Source: a bacterium (GTDB lineage Bacteria; Verrucomicrobiota; Kiritimatiellia; CAIKKV01; CAIYGI01). From it: 64,000 nucleotides of DNA. Location of the stretch: contig JANYBP010000043.1 of NCBI GenBank assembly GCA_025360745.1, positions 10,455 through 74,454 of the forward strand. Direction: 5' to 3'. Below the pieces are notes generated by a model. It had not been told where the DNA came from. It saw only the letters and a list, made by a program, of their open reading frames with translations, and ran no database searches. This document shows positions 49,590-59,002 of this stretch, piece by piece (within the stretch, counting starts at the first letter, position 1; each line of letters starts with the position of its first letter). The translations under genes were made by a program, and so were the position numbers.

Positions 49590-50590
49590 AACGATCGGAG
49601 CTGATGCAACAAGGCCGACAATGGATTCGTTCGCCATTTGCGCGGGCCTTGCTGGCGCTGATTTGCATCGCGATCCTCGGCGTAATCTTTAACGCCGACG
49701 GCGCCTTTTACAAATGGTCCACCCATCGCGATATGTTCCGGCAGATATCCGTCTTCGGTATCCTGGCCTGCGGACTGACTGTGGTCATCATCGCGGGCGG
49801 CATCGATTTGTCGGTGGGCAGTCTGGTCGGCCTGAACGCCGTGCTCTTCTCGATGCTGACGATCCATTGCGGCTGGCCGGCCGCCGCGGCGATCGCGGCC
49901 TGTCTGCTGGCCGGAACGGCGGCGGGAGTGTCGTCAGGCGGACTGGTGGCGAAGTTCCGCCTGCAGCCCTTCATCGCCACCCTGGCCATGATGGTCTTCG
50001 CGCGCGGCCTGGCCAAATGGATATCCGGCGGACAAAAGGTATCATCGGCGGTTCAGCAGGCCGACGGCGCATATAGTTATGTGGAAACACCGGCTATTTT
50101 TAACGCCTTGAATGCCAGAATCTGGCACGACAATGTGGCCGTGGTTTCGGTGGTCTTTCTGGTCTGCCTGGCCGTGACGGCGCTGATTCTTGCGCGCCTG
50201 CGCTGGGGCCGTTATGTTTACGCCATCGGCGGTAACGAGGAGGCGGCGCGACTCTCGGGCGTGCCGGTCAAGGCCACCCAGTTGCTGGCGTATGGACTGT
50301 GCGGATTGTTCAGCGCGGTGGCGGGCTTGTGCCAGGCCGCCCAGGAATTGCAGGGCGATCCCGAGGCCGGCGTCTCCTACGAATTGACGGCGATCGCGAT
50401 CGTCGTGATGGGCGGCACAAGTCTGGCCGGCGGACGCGGCGGCGTGGGACTGACGCTGCTCGGCGCCTTGACCATCGGTTATCTCGAAAAGATACTCAGC
50501 ATCAACGCGGTCGGCGAAGCCGCGCGCCTGATGCTCACGGGTACAATCATCGTGGTGGCCGTCATTTTCCAAAAGGGCGCGAAAAGATGA
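49586..50590 (+). CDS. Sugar ABC transporter permease (RbsC/XylH-like)
   Basis: About 10 TM helices. Conserved GGIDLSVGS permease motif. ATGA overlap with the ATPase gene. Confidence 0.85.
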   Translation: MKRSELMQQGRQWIRSPFARALLALICIAILGVIFNADGAFYKWSTHRDMFRQISVFGILACGLTVVIIAGGIDLSVGSLVGLNAVLFSMLTIHCGWPAAAAIAACLLAGTAAGVSSGGLVAKFRLQPFIATLAMMVFARGLAKWISGGQKVSSAVQQADGAYSYVETPAIFNALNARIWHDNVAVVSVVFLVCLAVTALILARLRWGRYVYAIGGNEEAARLSGVPVKATQLLAYGLCGLFSAVAGLCQAAQELQGDPEAGVSYELTAIAIVVMGGTSLAGGRGGVGLTLLGALTIGYLEKILSINAVGEAARLMLTGTIIVVAVIFQKGAKR

Positions 50591-50594
50591 GAGG

Positions 50595-50765
50595 CAGAAG
50601 CCAGAATTCAGAATTCAGAATGAATTCCCTGTTTTCTGGAGGGTCGGGCTTGCAACTCTGCGAAGCAGCGCTTCGCTGCGTAGCACGAGCCTTCTGACTC
50701 CTGAATTCTGCCTTCTGGATTCTGCCTTCTGGATTCTGGCTTCTGGATTCTGGCTTCTGGAACTG
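50595..50765. promoter_or_regulatory. Highly structured intra-operon spacer: long imperfect inverted repeat built from (CTTCTGGATTCTGG)n tandem units around a perfect GCGAAGC-AGC-GCTTCGC hairpin
   Basis: ccagaattcagaattcagaa ... gcgaagcagcgcttcgc ... ctgccttctggattctgccttctggattctggcttctggattctggcttctgg read directly. Confidence 0.55.
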
Positions 50766-50799
50766 TTATCTTGAAATGACCGAACCGAAAGGAAATCCG

Positions 50800-51711
50800 A
50801 TGAAAATGATCCTTGTCGTCTTGATGAGCGCTTTCCTGACCACCGGAGCGCTCGCGCAAAAGAGTTTCACCATCGGCATGAGCCAGTGCAATCTGGGCGA
50901 GCCCTGGCGTGTGCAGATGAACGCCGATATCAAGAAGAGCGCCGCGGCGCATCCGGAGTTGAAGCTGATCTACAAAGATGCCCAGAACGATACGCTCAAG
51001 CAGCGCGCGCAAATCGAGGAATTCGTCGCCGCCGGGGTCGATTTGCTGATCGTTTCTCCAAAGGAGGCCGTGCCGCTCACGCCGCCGGTGGCCGCGGCCT
51101 TTAAGAAAGGCATACCGGTGATCGTTCTCGACCGCCGCCTGGTGGGCGACCAGTTCACCTGTTTTATCGGCGCCGACAATCGCCGCATCGGCCGCGCCGC
51201 GGGCCGCTGGATCGTCGAAAAGCTCCACGGCACAGGTCAGGTGGTGGAGTTGAAAGGACTGATGACCTCCACGCCCGGTCAGGATCGCAACGCCGGGTTT
51301 CGCGAAAGCATCAAAGAGACCGGCATCAAGGTCGTCTTCGAGGCCGACATGAAATGGCTGGAGCCCGATGCGCGCAAGGAAATGGAATCCGCCTTGGCGC
51401 GCTTTCCGGACATAAAGCTGGTTTATGCCCATAACGATCCGGGCGCCCACGGGGCCTGGCTGGCCGCCAAGGCCGCGGGGCGCGAAAAGGATATTCTTTT
51501 CGTGGGCATCGACGGTTTGCCCCAGGAGGGCCGGACTTATGTGAAGCAGGGCATCCTGGCGGCAAGTTTCGAATATCCCACCGGCGGACGGGAAGCGATC
51601 GACGCCGCATTGAGTATTCTGAACGGGAAGCCGCCGGCCAAGGAGATCACGTTGAAATCCAAAGCCTTCACGCCGGAGAATATCGAAAAAGGCGGGGAAG
51701 AATTGCCGTAG
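50800..51711 (+). CDS. Sugar ABC transporter periplasmic substrate-binding protein (RbsB-like)
   Basis: Signal peptide. Peripla_BP_4-like (LLIVSP...GIPVIVLDR...). RBS AAAGGAAAT before ATG 50800. Confidence 0.85.
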   Translation: MKMILVVLMSAFLTTGALAQKSFTIGMSQCNLGEPWRVQMNADIKKSAAAHPELKLIYKDAQNDTLKQRAQIEEFVAAGVDLLIVSPKEAVPLTPPVAAAFKKGIPVIVLDRRLVGDQFTCFIGADNRRIGRAAGRWIVEKLHGTGQVVELKGLMTSTPGQDRNAGFRESIKETGIKVVFEADMKWLEPDARKEMESALARFPDIKLVYAHNDPGAHGAWLAAKAAGREKDILFVGIDGLPQEGRTYVKQGILAASFEYPTGGREAIDAALSILNGKPPAKEITLKSKAFTPENIEKGGEELP

Positions 51712-51735
51712 TCAGCGCGCCGGTTGTTACCACGT

Positions 51736-52395
51736 TCACGCTTCCCGGAGGGCGGCTATGACACGCGCCACCACCTGATCGAGGCTGAGGCCGGTGGTGT
51801 CTATGACGATGGCGCCCGGCGCCACACGCAGCGGCGCGGTCACGCGGCCGCTGTCGCGGGCGTCGCGGCGGGAAATCGCGCCCAGCACGCGCTTCACTTC
51901 GCCATCCTCTCCCTGCCCTTCCGCCGCCCGGCGGCGGGCGCGCTCCTGCGGGTCGGCATCGAGGTAGAACTTGTGCCGAGCGCCCGGGAAAACGATCGAG
52001 CCGATGTCGCGCCCTTCCATCACCAGCGGACCGAAGCCGGCCGCTTCGCGCAGCAGTCCGGTCACTTTGGCGCGGATTTCCGGCACGGCGGCGATCTCGC
52101 TGACACGTTCGGCCACCGGCGCGGTGCGAATCGCGCCGCCCGGATCGAAACCGTCGTAGGTGAATTTTACGGCCCGCTCCAGCACGCTGGCGGCCACCCG
52201 CATGCGCCCCACCGCCGCCACCACGCCCGCCACATCCCCCGACGCCACGCCCAGCGCCATCACGCGCCAGGTGATTCCGCGATAGACCGCGCCGGAATCC
52301 ACATAGACCCGCCCCAAAGCCTCGGCCACGCGGCGCGCCACAGTGGACTTGCCGGAGGCCGACGGCCCATCGATCGCAATCGCATCAGCCGGCAT
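51736..52395 (-). CDS. cmk: Cytidylate kinase
   Basis: IAIDGPSASGKST P-loop. ORF extends to 52458 but Met at 52395 gives the canonical N-terminus and overlaps aroA by 11 nt. Confidence 0.9.
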   Translation of the reverse strand: MPADAIAIDGPSASGKSTVARRVAEALGRVYVDSGAVYRGITWRVMALGVASGDVAGVVAAVGRMRVAASVLERAVKFTYDGFDPGGAIRTAPVAERVSEIAAVPEIRAKVTGLLREAAGFGPLVMEGRDIGSIVFPGARHKFYLDADPQERARRRAAEGQGEDGEVKRVLGAISRRDARDSGRVTAPLRVAPGAIVIDTTGLSLDQVVARVIAALREA

Positions 52396-53692
52396 CGCCG
52401 CCCACCTTCCTGAGATCGCGCCAGAAATCCGGATAGGACTTGGCCATGCAGCCCACATCGTCGAACTGAACCGGTCCCGTGGCGCGCAAGGCCAGCAGCG
52501 ACATGGCCATCGGCAGGCGGTGATCGCCGTAACTATCGATCCCCACCCCGCCGCGCGGCGTCACCGGCCCCTGCACGCTCAACCCGTCATCGCGCGCTTC
52601 CGCATCGGCGCCGAAACGCCGCAGGTTGTCCACCACCGAGGCGATGCGGTCGGACTCCTTCACGCGCAACTCCGCGGCATCGCGGATCGTGGTGCGTCCC
52701 TTCGCCAGCGCGCCCAGCACGGCCACCAACGGCAATTCGTCGATCAAGTCGGGAATCTCCGCACCGCCCACTTCCGTGCCATGCAACTCGGCGCCCTCCA
52801 CCTGGATCGTCGCCACCGGCTCGCCGCTGCCATCGTCCGGCTCCGGCGTCACTAGCAAGCACGCCCCCATGCGGTTCAAGACACCCAGCAGCGCCGCGCG
52901 CCGCGGATTAATCCCGACGCCCGGCAGCGTCAGGCGCGCGCCCGGCCAGGCCGCGGCCATGGCGATCCAGAAGGCCGCGCTGGAAAAGTCCCGCGGCACG
53001 GTCCAATCCCGCGCCTTCAGCCGCGGTCCGGCCGATCCATAGCCGTCCAGTTCGATCCGCGTCCCCTCGTTGCGCACCGCCACGCCCAGCGCCCGCAGCA
53101 CGCGTTCGGTATGATCGCGCGTCGCCGCCGGTTCGCTCAGCCGCGTGCGGCCCTCGGCAAAAAGCCCCGCCAGCAGCACGCAGGATTTGACCTGGGCCGA
53201 GGCCACGGGCGTATGGTATTCGATGCCGCGCAGTTCGCCGCCGATAATACGCAACGGCGCCGTGCCGCCGGGTTCGGTCAATTCCACCGTGGCGCCCATC
53301 AGGCGCAGGGGTTCGGCGATGCGCCGCATCGGCCGCGAAGAAAGCGAACGGTCGCCGGTCAGCCGCGTCGCAAAAGGTTGTCCCGCCAGCAATCCCGCCA
53401 GCAGGCGCATGCCTGTGCCGGAGTTGCCAAGGTCCAATGCCTGCTGCGGCCTCCGCCACCTGGCGCCACGGATCGTCAGTAGATCTTCAGCCCATGCGTG
53501 GCTCGCGCCCAGCGCGCTCAGGGCCTCAAGGATAATCCCCGTATCCTCGCTGCGCAGAAAGCCCCGCACATGCGAGACGCCTTCGCAGAGCGATGCCAGC
53601 AAAGCGATACGATGCGAAAGGCTCTTGTCCCCCGGCGTCAGAATCGTCCCGTTCACGGGCGCGCACGGCCGCACTATCATGCTTGTAGTCAT
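52385..53692 (-). CDS. aroA: 3-phosphoshikimate 1-carboxyvinyltransferase
   Basis: LTPGDKSLSHRIALLASLCEG EPSP synthase N-terminus and typical length. Confidence 0.9.
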   Translation of the reverse strand: MTTSMIVRPCAPVNGTILTPGDKSLSHRIALLASLCEGVSHVRGFLRSEDTGIILEALSALGASHAWAEDLLTIRGARWRRPQQALDLGNSGTGMRLLAGLLAGQPFATRLTGDRSLSSRPMRRIAEPLRLMGATVELTEPGGTAPLRIIGGELRGIEYHTPVASAQVKSCVLLAGLFAEGRTRLSEPAATRDHTERVLRALGVAVRNEGTRIELDGYGSAGPRLKARDWTVPRDFSSAAFWIAMAAAWPGARLTLPGVGINPRRAALLGVLNRMGACLLVTPEPDDGSGEPVATIQVEGAELHGTEVGGAEIPDLIDELPLVAVLGALAKGRTTIRDAAELRVKESDRIASVVDNLRRFGADAEARDDGLSVQGPVTPRGGVGIDSYGDHRLPMAMSLLALRATGPVQFDDVGCMAKSYPDFWRDLRKVGGDAG

Positions 53693-53701
53693 ATGGAATG
53701 T

Positions 53702-54448
53702 TCACCGCCTGCGTGGAACGATCAGCGTCCGGCCCACTTCCAAGTCGCCGGAGTTTTTCATCGTGGCGCGATTGGCTTCATAGATCACGCTCCAGAGATT
53801 GGGATCGCCATAACTGCGGTCCGCGATCTTGCGCAAAGTGTCGCCCGAGCGCACTGTGACGGTGCGCCCCGCCGGCGGCCTGGAAGACACAGCCGGCGTA
53901 CTCACCGACGCCGCCGTTGTGCGGACCACCGTCCCGGTTGTCGCGCTGAGGCGTTCGAGTTCCGCCACCCGCGCGCGCAAGGCGGCGTTCTCGGCCTCGA
54001 TCCGCTTCACCTGCGCATCCAGCGCGGCGGCCCGCCAGACCATATTGCTGGCATCGCGCCCGGTCAAACCGGCGAATATCAAGCGCGCCGCCAGGGCGCG
54101 CTGACGGATCATCGCGACCTTTTCGGTATCGGGGCGCAGTTCCAGATAACGGTCGTAGTGATAAACCGCCTCCACATAATCGCCATGCGGACGGTCGAGC
54201 AGAAAAGCCAGCGCCAGATGCGCCCGCGCCAGTCCCGGATCGCGCCGCAAAACGTTGCGGTAGGCCGCCTTGGCGCCCTCTTCGTCCCCGCGCTCCTCCA
54301 GCGCCTGCGCCTCACGCAGTCTGGCGTCGTTCAATTCGCTGCTATCGGCCTGCCGCGCGGCACGACCGCAACCGGACATCAGCAGCAGCGCCAGCACGAA
54401 CGCCGGCGCCACACAGCCACGCATCGCCTTGAAGTTCCCGCGCATCAT
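53702..54448 (-). CDS. Lipoprotein with TPR-like region, coiled coil and C-terminal LysM domain
   Basis: Lipobox LLMSGCG. C-terminal VTVRSGDTLRKIADRSYGDPNLWSVIYEANRATM...GRTLIVP LysM. True start ambiguous (54448/54445/54424). Confidence 0.7.
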   Translation of the reverse strand: MMRGNFKAMRGCVAPAFVLALLLMSGCGRAARQADSSELNDARLREAQALEERGDEEGAKAAYRNVLRRDPGLARAHLALAFLLDRPHGDYVEAVYHYDRYLELRPDTEKVAMIRQRALAARLIFAGLTGRDASNMVWRAAALDAQVKRIEAENAALRARVAELERLSATTGTVVRTTAASVSTPAVSSRPPAGRTVTVRSGDTLRKIADRSYGDPNLWSVIYEANRATMKNSGDLEVGRTLIVPRRR

Positions 54449-55434
54449 GATCGTGAGCGTAACATGTCGAGCGCCGTTTCGACCACCTCCGAAACGGGCA
54501 GCGCGGACAAACAATCTCCCTCACTGCGCCCGCACACGCGCAGGCGGCAGGGCTGACACGGCAGCGGGCGTTGCAGCACGCGGCGCCGCGCGCCGTAGGG
54601 ACCGGTGCGTTTGGGATCGGTCGGACCGAAGAGCGCCAGCACCGGCACGCCGCAAGCCGCCGCCATGTGCATGGGGCCCGTGTCATTGGCGATCACAAGA
54701 TCCATTTGCTTCAAAATCGCGCCGGTTTCGATCAATGAGGTTGTCCCCGCCAGGTTCACCGCCGCGCCCGGCAACTGCCCGGCAATCGCCACGCAACCGG
54801 CCGCATCGTCTCCGCCGCCAAAGAGATAAAACGTGCCGCCCGTCAGGGGCCGCAGCCGGCGGCCGGCTTCGGCAAAATTTGCCGCCGGCCAGTTTTTGGA
54901 AGGCCAGCGCGAAAATGGGATCAGACCGATGCGCGGTCCCGGCGTATCCAACTTGTGCTCGGGAAATTTGACCGGAAAAAGCGGCGTCGTCGGCTCTAAA
55001 CCGAGATAGCGCACAATGTCCAGATTCTCTTCGACCGCATGGCGGTTACGCCGCCGCGGGCCGGCCAGATGCGTGTAGAACAATCGGGAGCCCTCGCGCG
55101 CGAAGGAGGGACCGATACGCCGCCCCGCCCGCGCCAGACGCGCGATCAGCGCGCTCTTGAGCAAGCCCTGTAGATCCACCACCAGATCGTACTTCTCCGC
55201 CCGCAACTCCCGCCACAATGCGCCAAACTCGCGGACGGGCGCGCGGCGGTTGTAAACGATCGTCCGGCTCACATCCGTGAAGCATCCGACCAGTCCGGCG
55301 TACTCGCTCTGCGTCACCCAGTGGATCTCGGCGCCCAACTGTTCGCGCAGACAATGCACCGCCGGCAGGGCGTGAAAAAGGTCGCCCAGCGAACTCAGTT
55401 TGACGATCAGTATGCGCCCGGCCTTCATCCGCAT
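54445..55434 (-). CDS. Glycosyltransferase family 9 (LPS heptosyltransferase-like)
   Basis: ILIVKLSSLGDLFHALPAV N-terminal motif and C-terminal NDTGPMHMAAACGVPVLALFGPTDP. Confidence 0.8.
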   Translation of the reverse strand: MRMKAGRILIVKLSSLGDLFHALPAVHCLREQLGAEIHWVTQSEYAGLVGCFTDVSRTIVYNRRAPVREFGALWRELRAEKYDLVVDLQGLLKSALIARLARAGRRIGPSFAREGSRLFYTHLAGPRRRNRHAVEENLDIVRYLGLEPTTPLFPVKFPEHKLDTPGPRIGLIPFSRWPSKNWPAANFAEAGRRLRPLTGGTFYLFGGGDDAAGCVAIAGQLPGAAVNLAGTTSLIETGAILKQMDLVIANDTGPMHMAAACGVPVLALFGPTDPKRTGPYGARRRVLQRPLPCQPCRLRVCGRSEGDCLSALPVSEVVETALDMLRSRS

Positions 55435-55438
55435 CGCT

Positions 55439-55726
55439 TCACTTGCCGCGTATGGCTTCGCGGTCAAGCGTCTCGCGTTCGCGGATTTTTGCGATTTCGA
55501 AACGCAGTTGTCCTTCGAGCGTGGCCAGTTTCTCGGGGTCATCCGCCGCCCGCGCGGCCTCCAGTTTGGGGCGGAACATGATCTCGATCTCGGCCACCTT
55601 GGCCTTGGCCCGGCGGGCGATCTCCGCCATGGCCTCCTTCTGTTCGGCGGTCAGCGACGACATACCCTCGCCGCGTTTCGCCATCCTGTCCATCGCCAGA
55701 TCGAAAGAGCTTTTCAGTCCACTCAT
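55439..55726 (-). CDS. Small coiled-coil protein (hypothetical)
   Basis: 95 aa, helical/charged. Sits between the terpene cyclase and GT9 genes with 4-nt spacing. Confidence 0.45.
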   Translation of the reverse strand: MSGLKSSFDLAMDRMAKRGEGMSSLTAEQKEAMAEIARRAKAKVAEIEIMFRPKLEAARAADDPEKLATLEGQLRFEIAKIRERETLDREAIRGK

Positions 55727-55738
55727 GCCGGTCTCCTT

Positions 55739-57556
55739 TTATGCCATCCCCGCCGCCTTGGCCGCGGCCCGCCGCGCCCGCCGCACCGCCGCCGCCGCGA
55801 AAACCAGGGGGTAGGCCTCTTCTTCGTACCACAAACTTGAAAAATAGTATCCAATCGTGGCCGGCAAGGGAAGCCGCGTTCCAGCGGCAGTGGCATTGTC
55901 GATCCAGGCAATGCCGCGCCACACAGCATCGAGCGCGGCGGCGGCGGACGATTCCGCCAACGCCTCGACGGCCCAGGCGCTCTCTTCCAGCGTTGGCGCA
56001 CAGCCCGCCGCCCCACCCCAACCGCCGTCCGCATTCTGCGCGGCGCAAAGCCAGCCTTCGCCCGCTTCCAGCATCGCGACCGCCTCCACCGCCTCGTCCG
56101 CCAGCGCCCGCAAACCCAGCAGCACACGGGAAGTGCCGTAGGTTGGATTCCCGGCCTCCGGCGCCGTTTCGCAGCCAAACCACAACGGTATCCAGGCGCC
56201 ATCGGCGCCTTGAGATTGTTTTAGATAATTCAAGCCGCGCCGCTGCGCCCGCGCCAGACGGCCCGCGAACGCCGCCGGCAAGACCGGCCGCCACACCCGC
56301 AGTGCGCGCAGCGCATGCGCCGTCAGATCGGGACAACTCCGGTCAAAAGGCCAGCGCCCCCAGCCCCGGCAAAATGTCGGCCAACCGCCGTCGCAATTTT
56401 GCAGATCGAGCAGCCACTTCACGCCGCGCCCAGCCGCCGCCTGACTGCGCACATTTTCAGGGTCCAGCGCATGCAATGCCAGCAATGCGCCCGCGGTATC
56501 GTCCGCGTCCGGCACGGCCCCGTCGCGGTCGGTCCAGCCCCACCCGCCCGCCGCGGCCCCGGTAAAGGGATGACGGACCCGCCACTGGCGCGCCAGCAAG
56601 GCCTCGCAAACTTCCGCGCGGGCGCGATCCGTTTCCAGATTCGATGCGACACCGCCCGCGCCCCACAAACCCCGCACCGCCAGCGTAGTCACCCAACTCG
56701 ACAAATCGACATCGATCGGCCAGGCGCCGTTAGCGCGCCGGATCCCGATTAGAAATTCCGCGCCGCGCCGCGCCGCCGCTTCTCCGGCAAAGCCCGAAGC
56801 CGCGAGGCAGAGCACGACAAAGGCCGTCAACGGAACCGCCTCAAGATAGCCGCCACTGGCGGGCTGAATAGTTTCCAGACGCCGCAAGACCGCCGACACG
56901 GCCGCGGCCTGCAGGCCGCCTCCGCCGCGGCGTCGCCACTGATACAATCCAACCGCAATCAAGGCGGGCAGGGCATAACTGACCACCGGCAGGCGCAGCC
57001 AGCGGAACAGCCGCTGCGGCAAAGCCGCCAGCGCGAAGGGCAGTTGCGGACCCAGCCGGCGAACATCGCCATCGAGCGAACCGCACCAGTCCGCCAGCGC
57101 CATGATCGGCGCCGCAAACGTCCGGTCGCCGCCGTAACGCTTTGTCACGGCGGCGCTGAGCGCCGCCGCGTCCGCCCCACCCGCCGCGCGCGCCAGCCAG
57201 GCCTCGCCCGCCATGCGCACCGCCTGACTGTCGTGGATGGCCTGCTCGCCGGTGGCGCGCAGAGCCGACACCACAATCAACGTCGTGCTGAGATTGCTGC
57301 GCGCGCGCGGCGTGTCGCCCCACCCGCCGTCCGCGTTGACATGCGCCACAAGCCAGGCGCGACCTTCGGCAATAACCGGCTCGTAACGCGTTCGATCCAG
57401 CGCCGCCAAAGCCGCCACCGCCGTCGCGGTCGCCAGCGCGCTATCCGACAGCCGCCCGCGCCACCCGCCCGCCGCCCCACGCGCCGCCAGCAGTCTGCCC
57501 GACAGCCCGGCGTATAAGGCATCCAGACGTTGAATATCGATGGACGGCATAATCAT
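55739..57556 (-). CDS. Class II terpene cyclase (squalene-hopene cyclase family)
   Basis: DxDDTA motif (VPDADDTAGALLAL) and multiple QW-type repeats (DGGWG..). Length is 605 aa, shorter than typical SHC. Confidence 0.75.
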   Translation of the reverse strand: MIMPSIDIQRLDALYAGLSGRLLAARGAAGGWRGRLSDSALATATAVAALAALDRTRYEPVIAEGRAWLVAHVNADGGWGDTPRARSNLSTTLIVVSALRATGEQAIHDSQAVRMAGEAWLARAAGGADAAALSAAVTKRYGGDRTFAAPIMALADWCGSLDGDVRRLGPQLPFALAALPQRLFRWLRLPVVSYALPALIAVGLYQWRRRGGGGLQAAAVSAVLRRLETIQPASGGYLEAVPLTAFVVLCLAASGFAGEAAARRGAEFLIGIRRANGAWPIDVDLSSWVTTLAVRGLWGAGGVASNLETDRARAEVCEALLARQWRVRHPFTGAAAGGWGWTDRDGAVPDADDTAGALLALHALDPENVRSQAAAGRGVKWLLDLQNCDGGWPTFCRGWGRWPFDRSCPDLTAHALRALRVWRPVLPAAFAGRLARAQRRGLNYLKQSQGADGAWIPLWFGCETAPEAGNPTYGTSRVLLGLRALADEAVEAVAMLEAGEGWLCAAQNADGGWGGAAGCAPTLEESAWAVEALAESSAAAALDAVWRGIAWIDNATAAGTRLPLPATIGYYFSSLWYEEEAYPLVFAAAAVRRARRAAAKAAGMA

Positions 57557-57885
57557 TCGTAACCGCCATGCGCGGGAATAAGGGGTTCGACGCTCATCGC
57601 TTCAGCGCCTCACGGGACCAACGGACGCCAAGCGGTCATGGATGCGGTTTTCGACTCCTCAGGGTAAAAACGTGGCTGCATTCCATCCATGCTGTTGGAT
57701 TTTGGGGGGCACATGGCGGGGTTGCAAGCAAAAATGCGCCACACGCTGGTTATGCTAGCGGAATCACGTCCCGACATTCGACATTCGATAATGGCGGGGC
57801 GGGGACGCGCACGCTTGATTTCGTCCAACTTTCCGTTAGGCTTAACCCCATTCAGAAAACAGGCACACAATAAGAGCGTGGAAAA

Positions 57886-58956
57886 ATGACATCGAAAGAA
57901 CGCGTTCTGACAGCTTTCGTCAGGAACAAACCGGATCGAGTTCCGGTGAACTACATGGCTAATTCCGAAATCGACCGGCGGCTCAAAGAGCACTTCGGCC
58001 TGCGGTTGGATGACGCGGAAGGACTGCGGCAAGCGCTGGGCGTGGATTTCCGGGGTGTGCTTGTGCCCTACCGTGGCCAAAAACTGCACGCCGACATTCC
58101 TGAACGCGGGGTCAAGGTGGACGACTGGGGCATTCACCGGCGCTGGGTCGAACACGAAACCGGCGGCTACTGGGATTACTGCGATTTTTCGCTGCGGGAT
58201 GCCGGCGAGGAGCAGATCGCGGCCTGGCCCCTGCCCTCGCCGGACGATTTCGATTACAGCCAGGCGGCAAACGACTGCGAGCGCGACCGGAAATATGCCA
58301 TCTACGCCGGGAGTACCGGCCAGGCCGACGTGATCAACAAGGGAGGGATGCTCCGCGGGACGGAGCAATCGCTGATCGATCTGATCACCGAGGACAAGGC
58401 CGGCATGCTCCTGACCCACCGCCGCACAAACGTCCAGCTCGATATCCTGCGCCGCACCCTGGAAGCCGCCGTCGGCGCCATCGATTTCCTCTGGATGGGT
58501 GAAGACCTGGGCACACAGATTGCGCCGCTCATCAGTTTGGAACTTTACAGGAAGACCATACGTCCAATTCACCAGCGATTTGTGGACCTGGCGAAGAGTT
58601 TCGACATCCCCGTCATGATCCATTCATGCGGTTCGAGCAGTTGGGCCTACGAAGACTTTGTGGAGATGGGCATCGCGGTTGTCGATACGCTTCAGCCCGA
58701 AGCGAAAGAAATGGCGCCGGAATATCTCAAGCGACGCTTCGGCGGGCGGCTGGCCTTCCACGGTTGCATCAGCACGGCTGGCCCGGTGGCTACCGGAACC
58801 GTCCAGCAGACCATCGCCTACTGCCGGAAAACGCTGGAGATCATGATGCCCGGCGGAGGCTATTGCTTCGCGCCGACGCATCAGCTTCAGGACAACTCGC
58901 CAACGGAGAATGTGCTCGCCATGTACGATACGGCGCGCCTATACGGGAAATACTGA
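57886..58956 (+). CDS. Uroporphyrinogen-decarboxylase (URO-D/MtaA-like) family protein
   Basis: TIM-barrel URO-D family similarity (RVPVNYMAN ... FLWMGEDLG ... IHSCGS). Isolated, not in a haem operon. Confidence 0.75.
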   Translation: MTSKERVLTAFVRNKPDRVPVNYMANSEIDRRLKEHFGLRLDDAEGLRQALGVDFRGVLVPYRGQKLHADIPERGVKVDDWGIHRRWVEHETGGYWDYCDFSLRDAGEEQIAAWPLPSPDDFDYSQAANDCERDRKYAIYAGSTGQADVINKGGMLRGTEQSLIDLITEDKAGMLLTHRRTNVQLDILRRTLEAAVGAIDFLWMGEDLGTQIAPLISLELYRKTIRPIHQRFVDLAKSFDIPVMIHSCGSSSWAYEDFVEMGIAVVDTLQPEAKEMAPEYLKRRFGGRLAFHGCISTAGPVATGTVQQTIAYCRKTLEIMMPGGGYCFAPTHQLQDNSPTENVLAMYDTARLYGKY

Positions 58957-59002
58957 CCGTCCACCGCGGCGCACCGCCGCGGTCCGGGCAGGAAAGAAGC
59001 GC

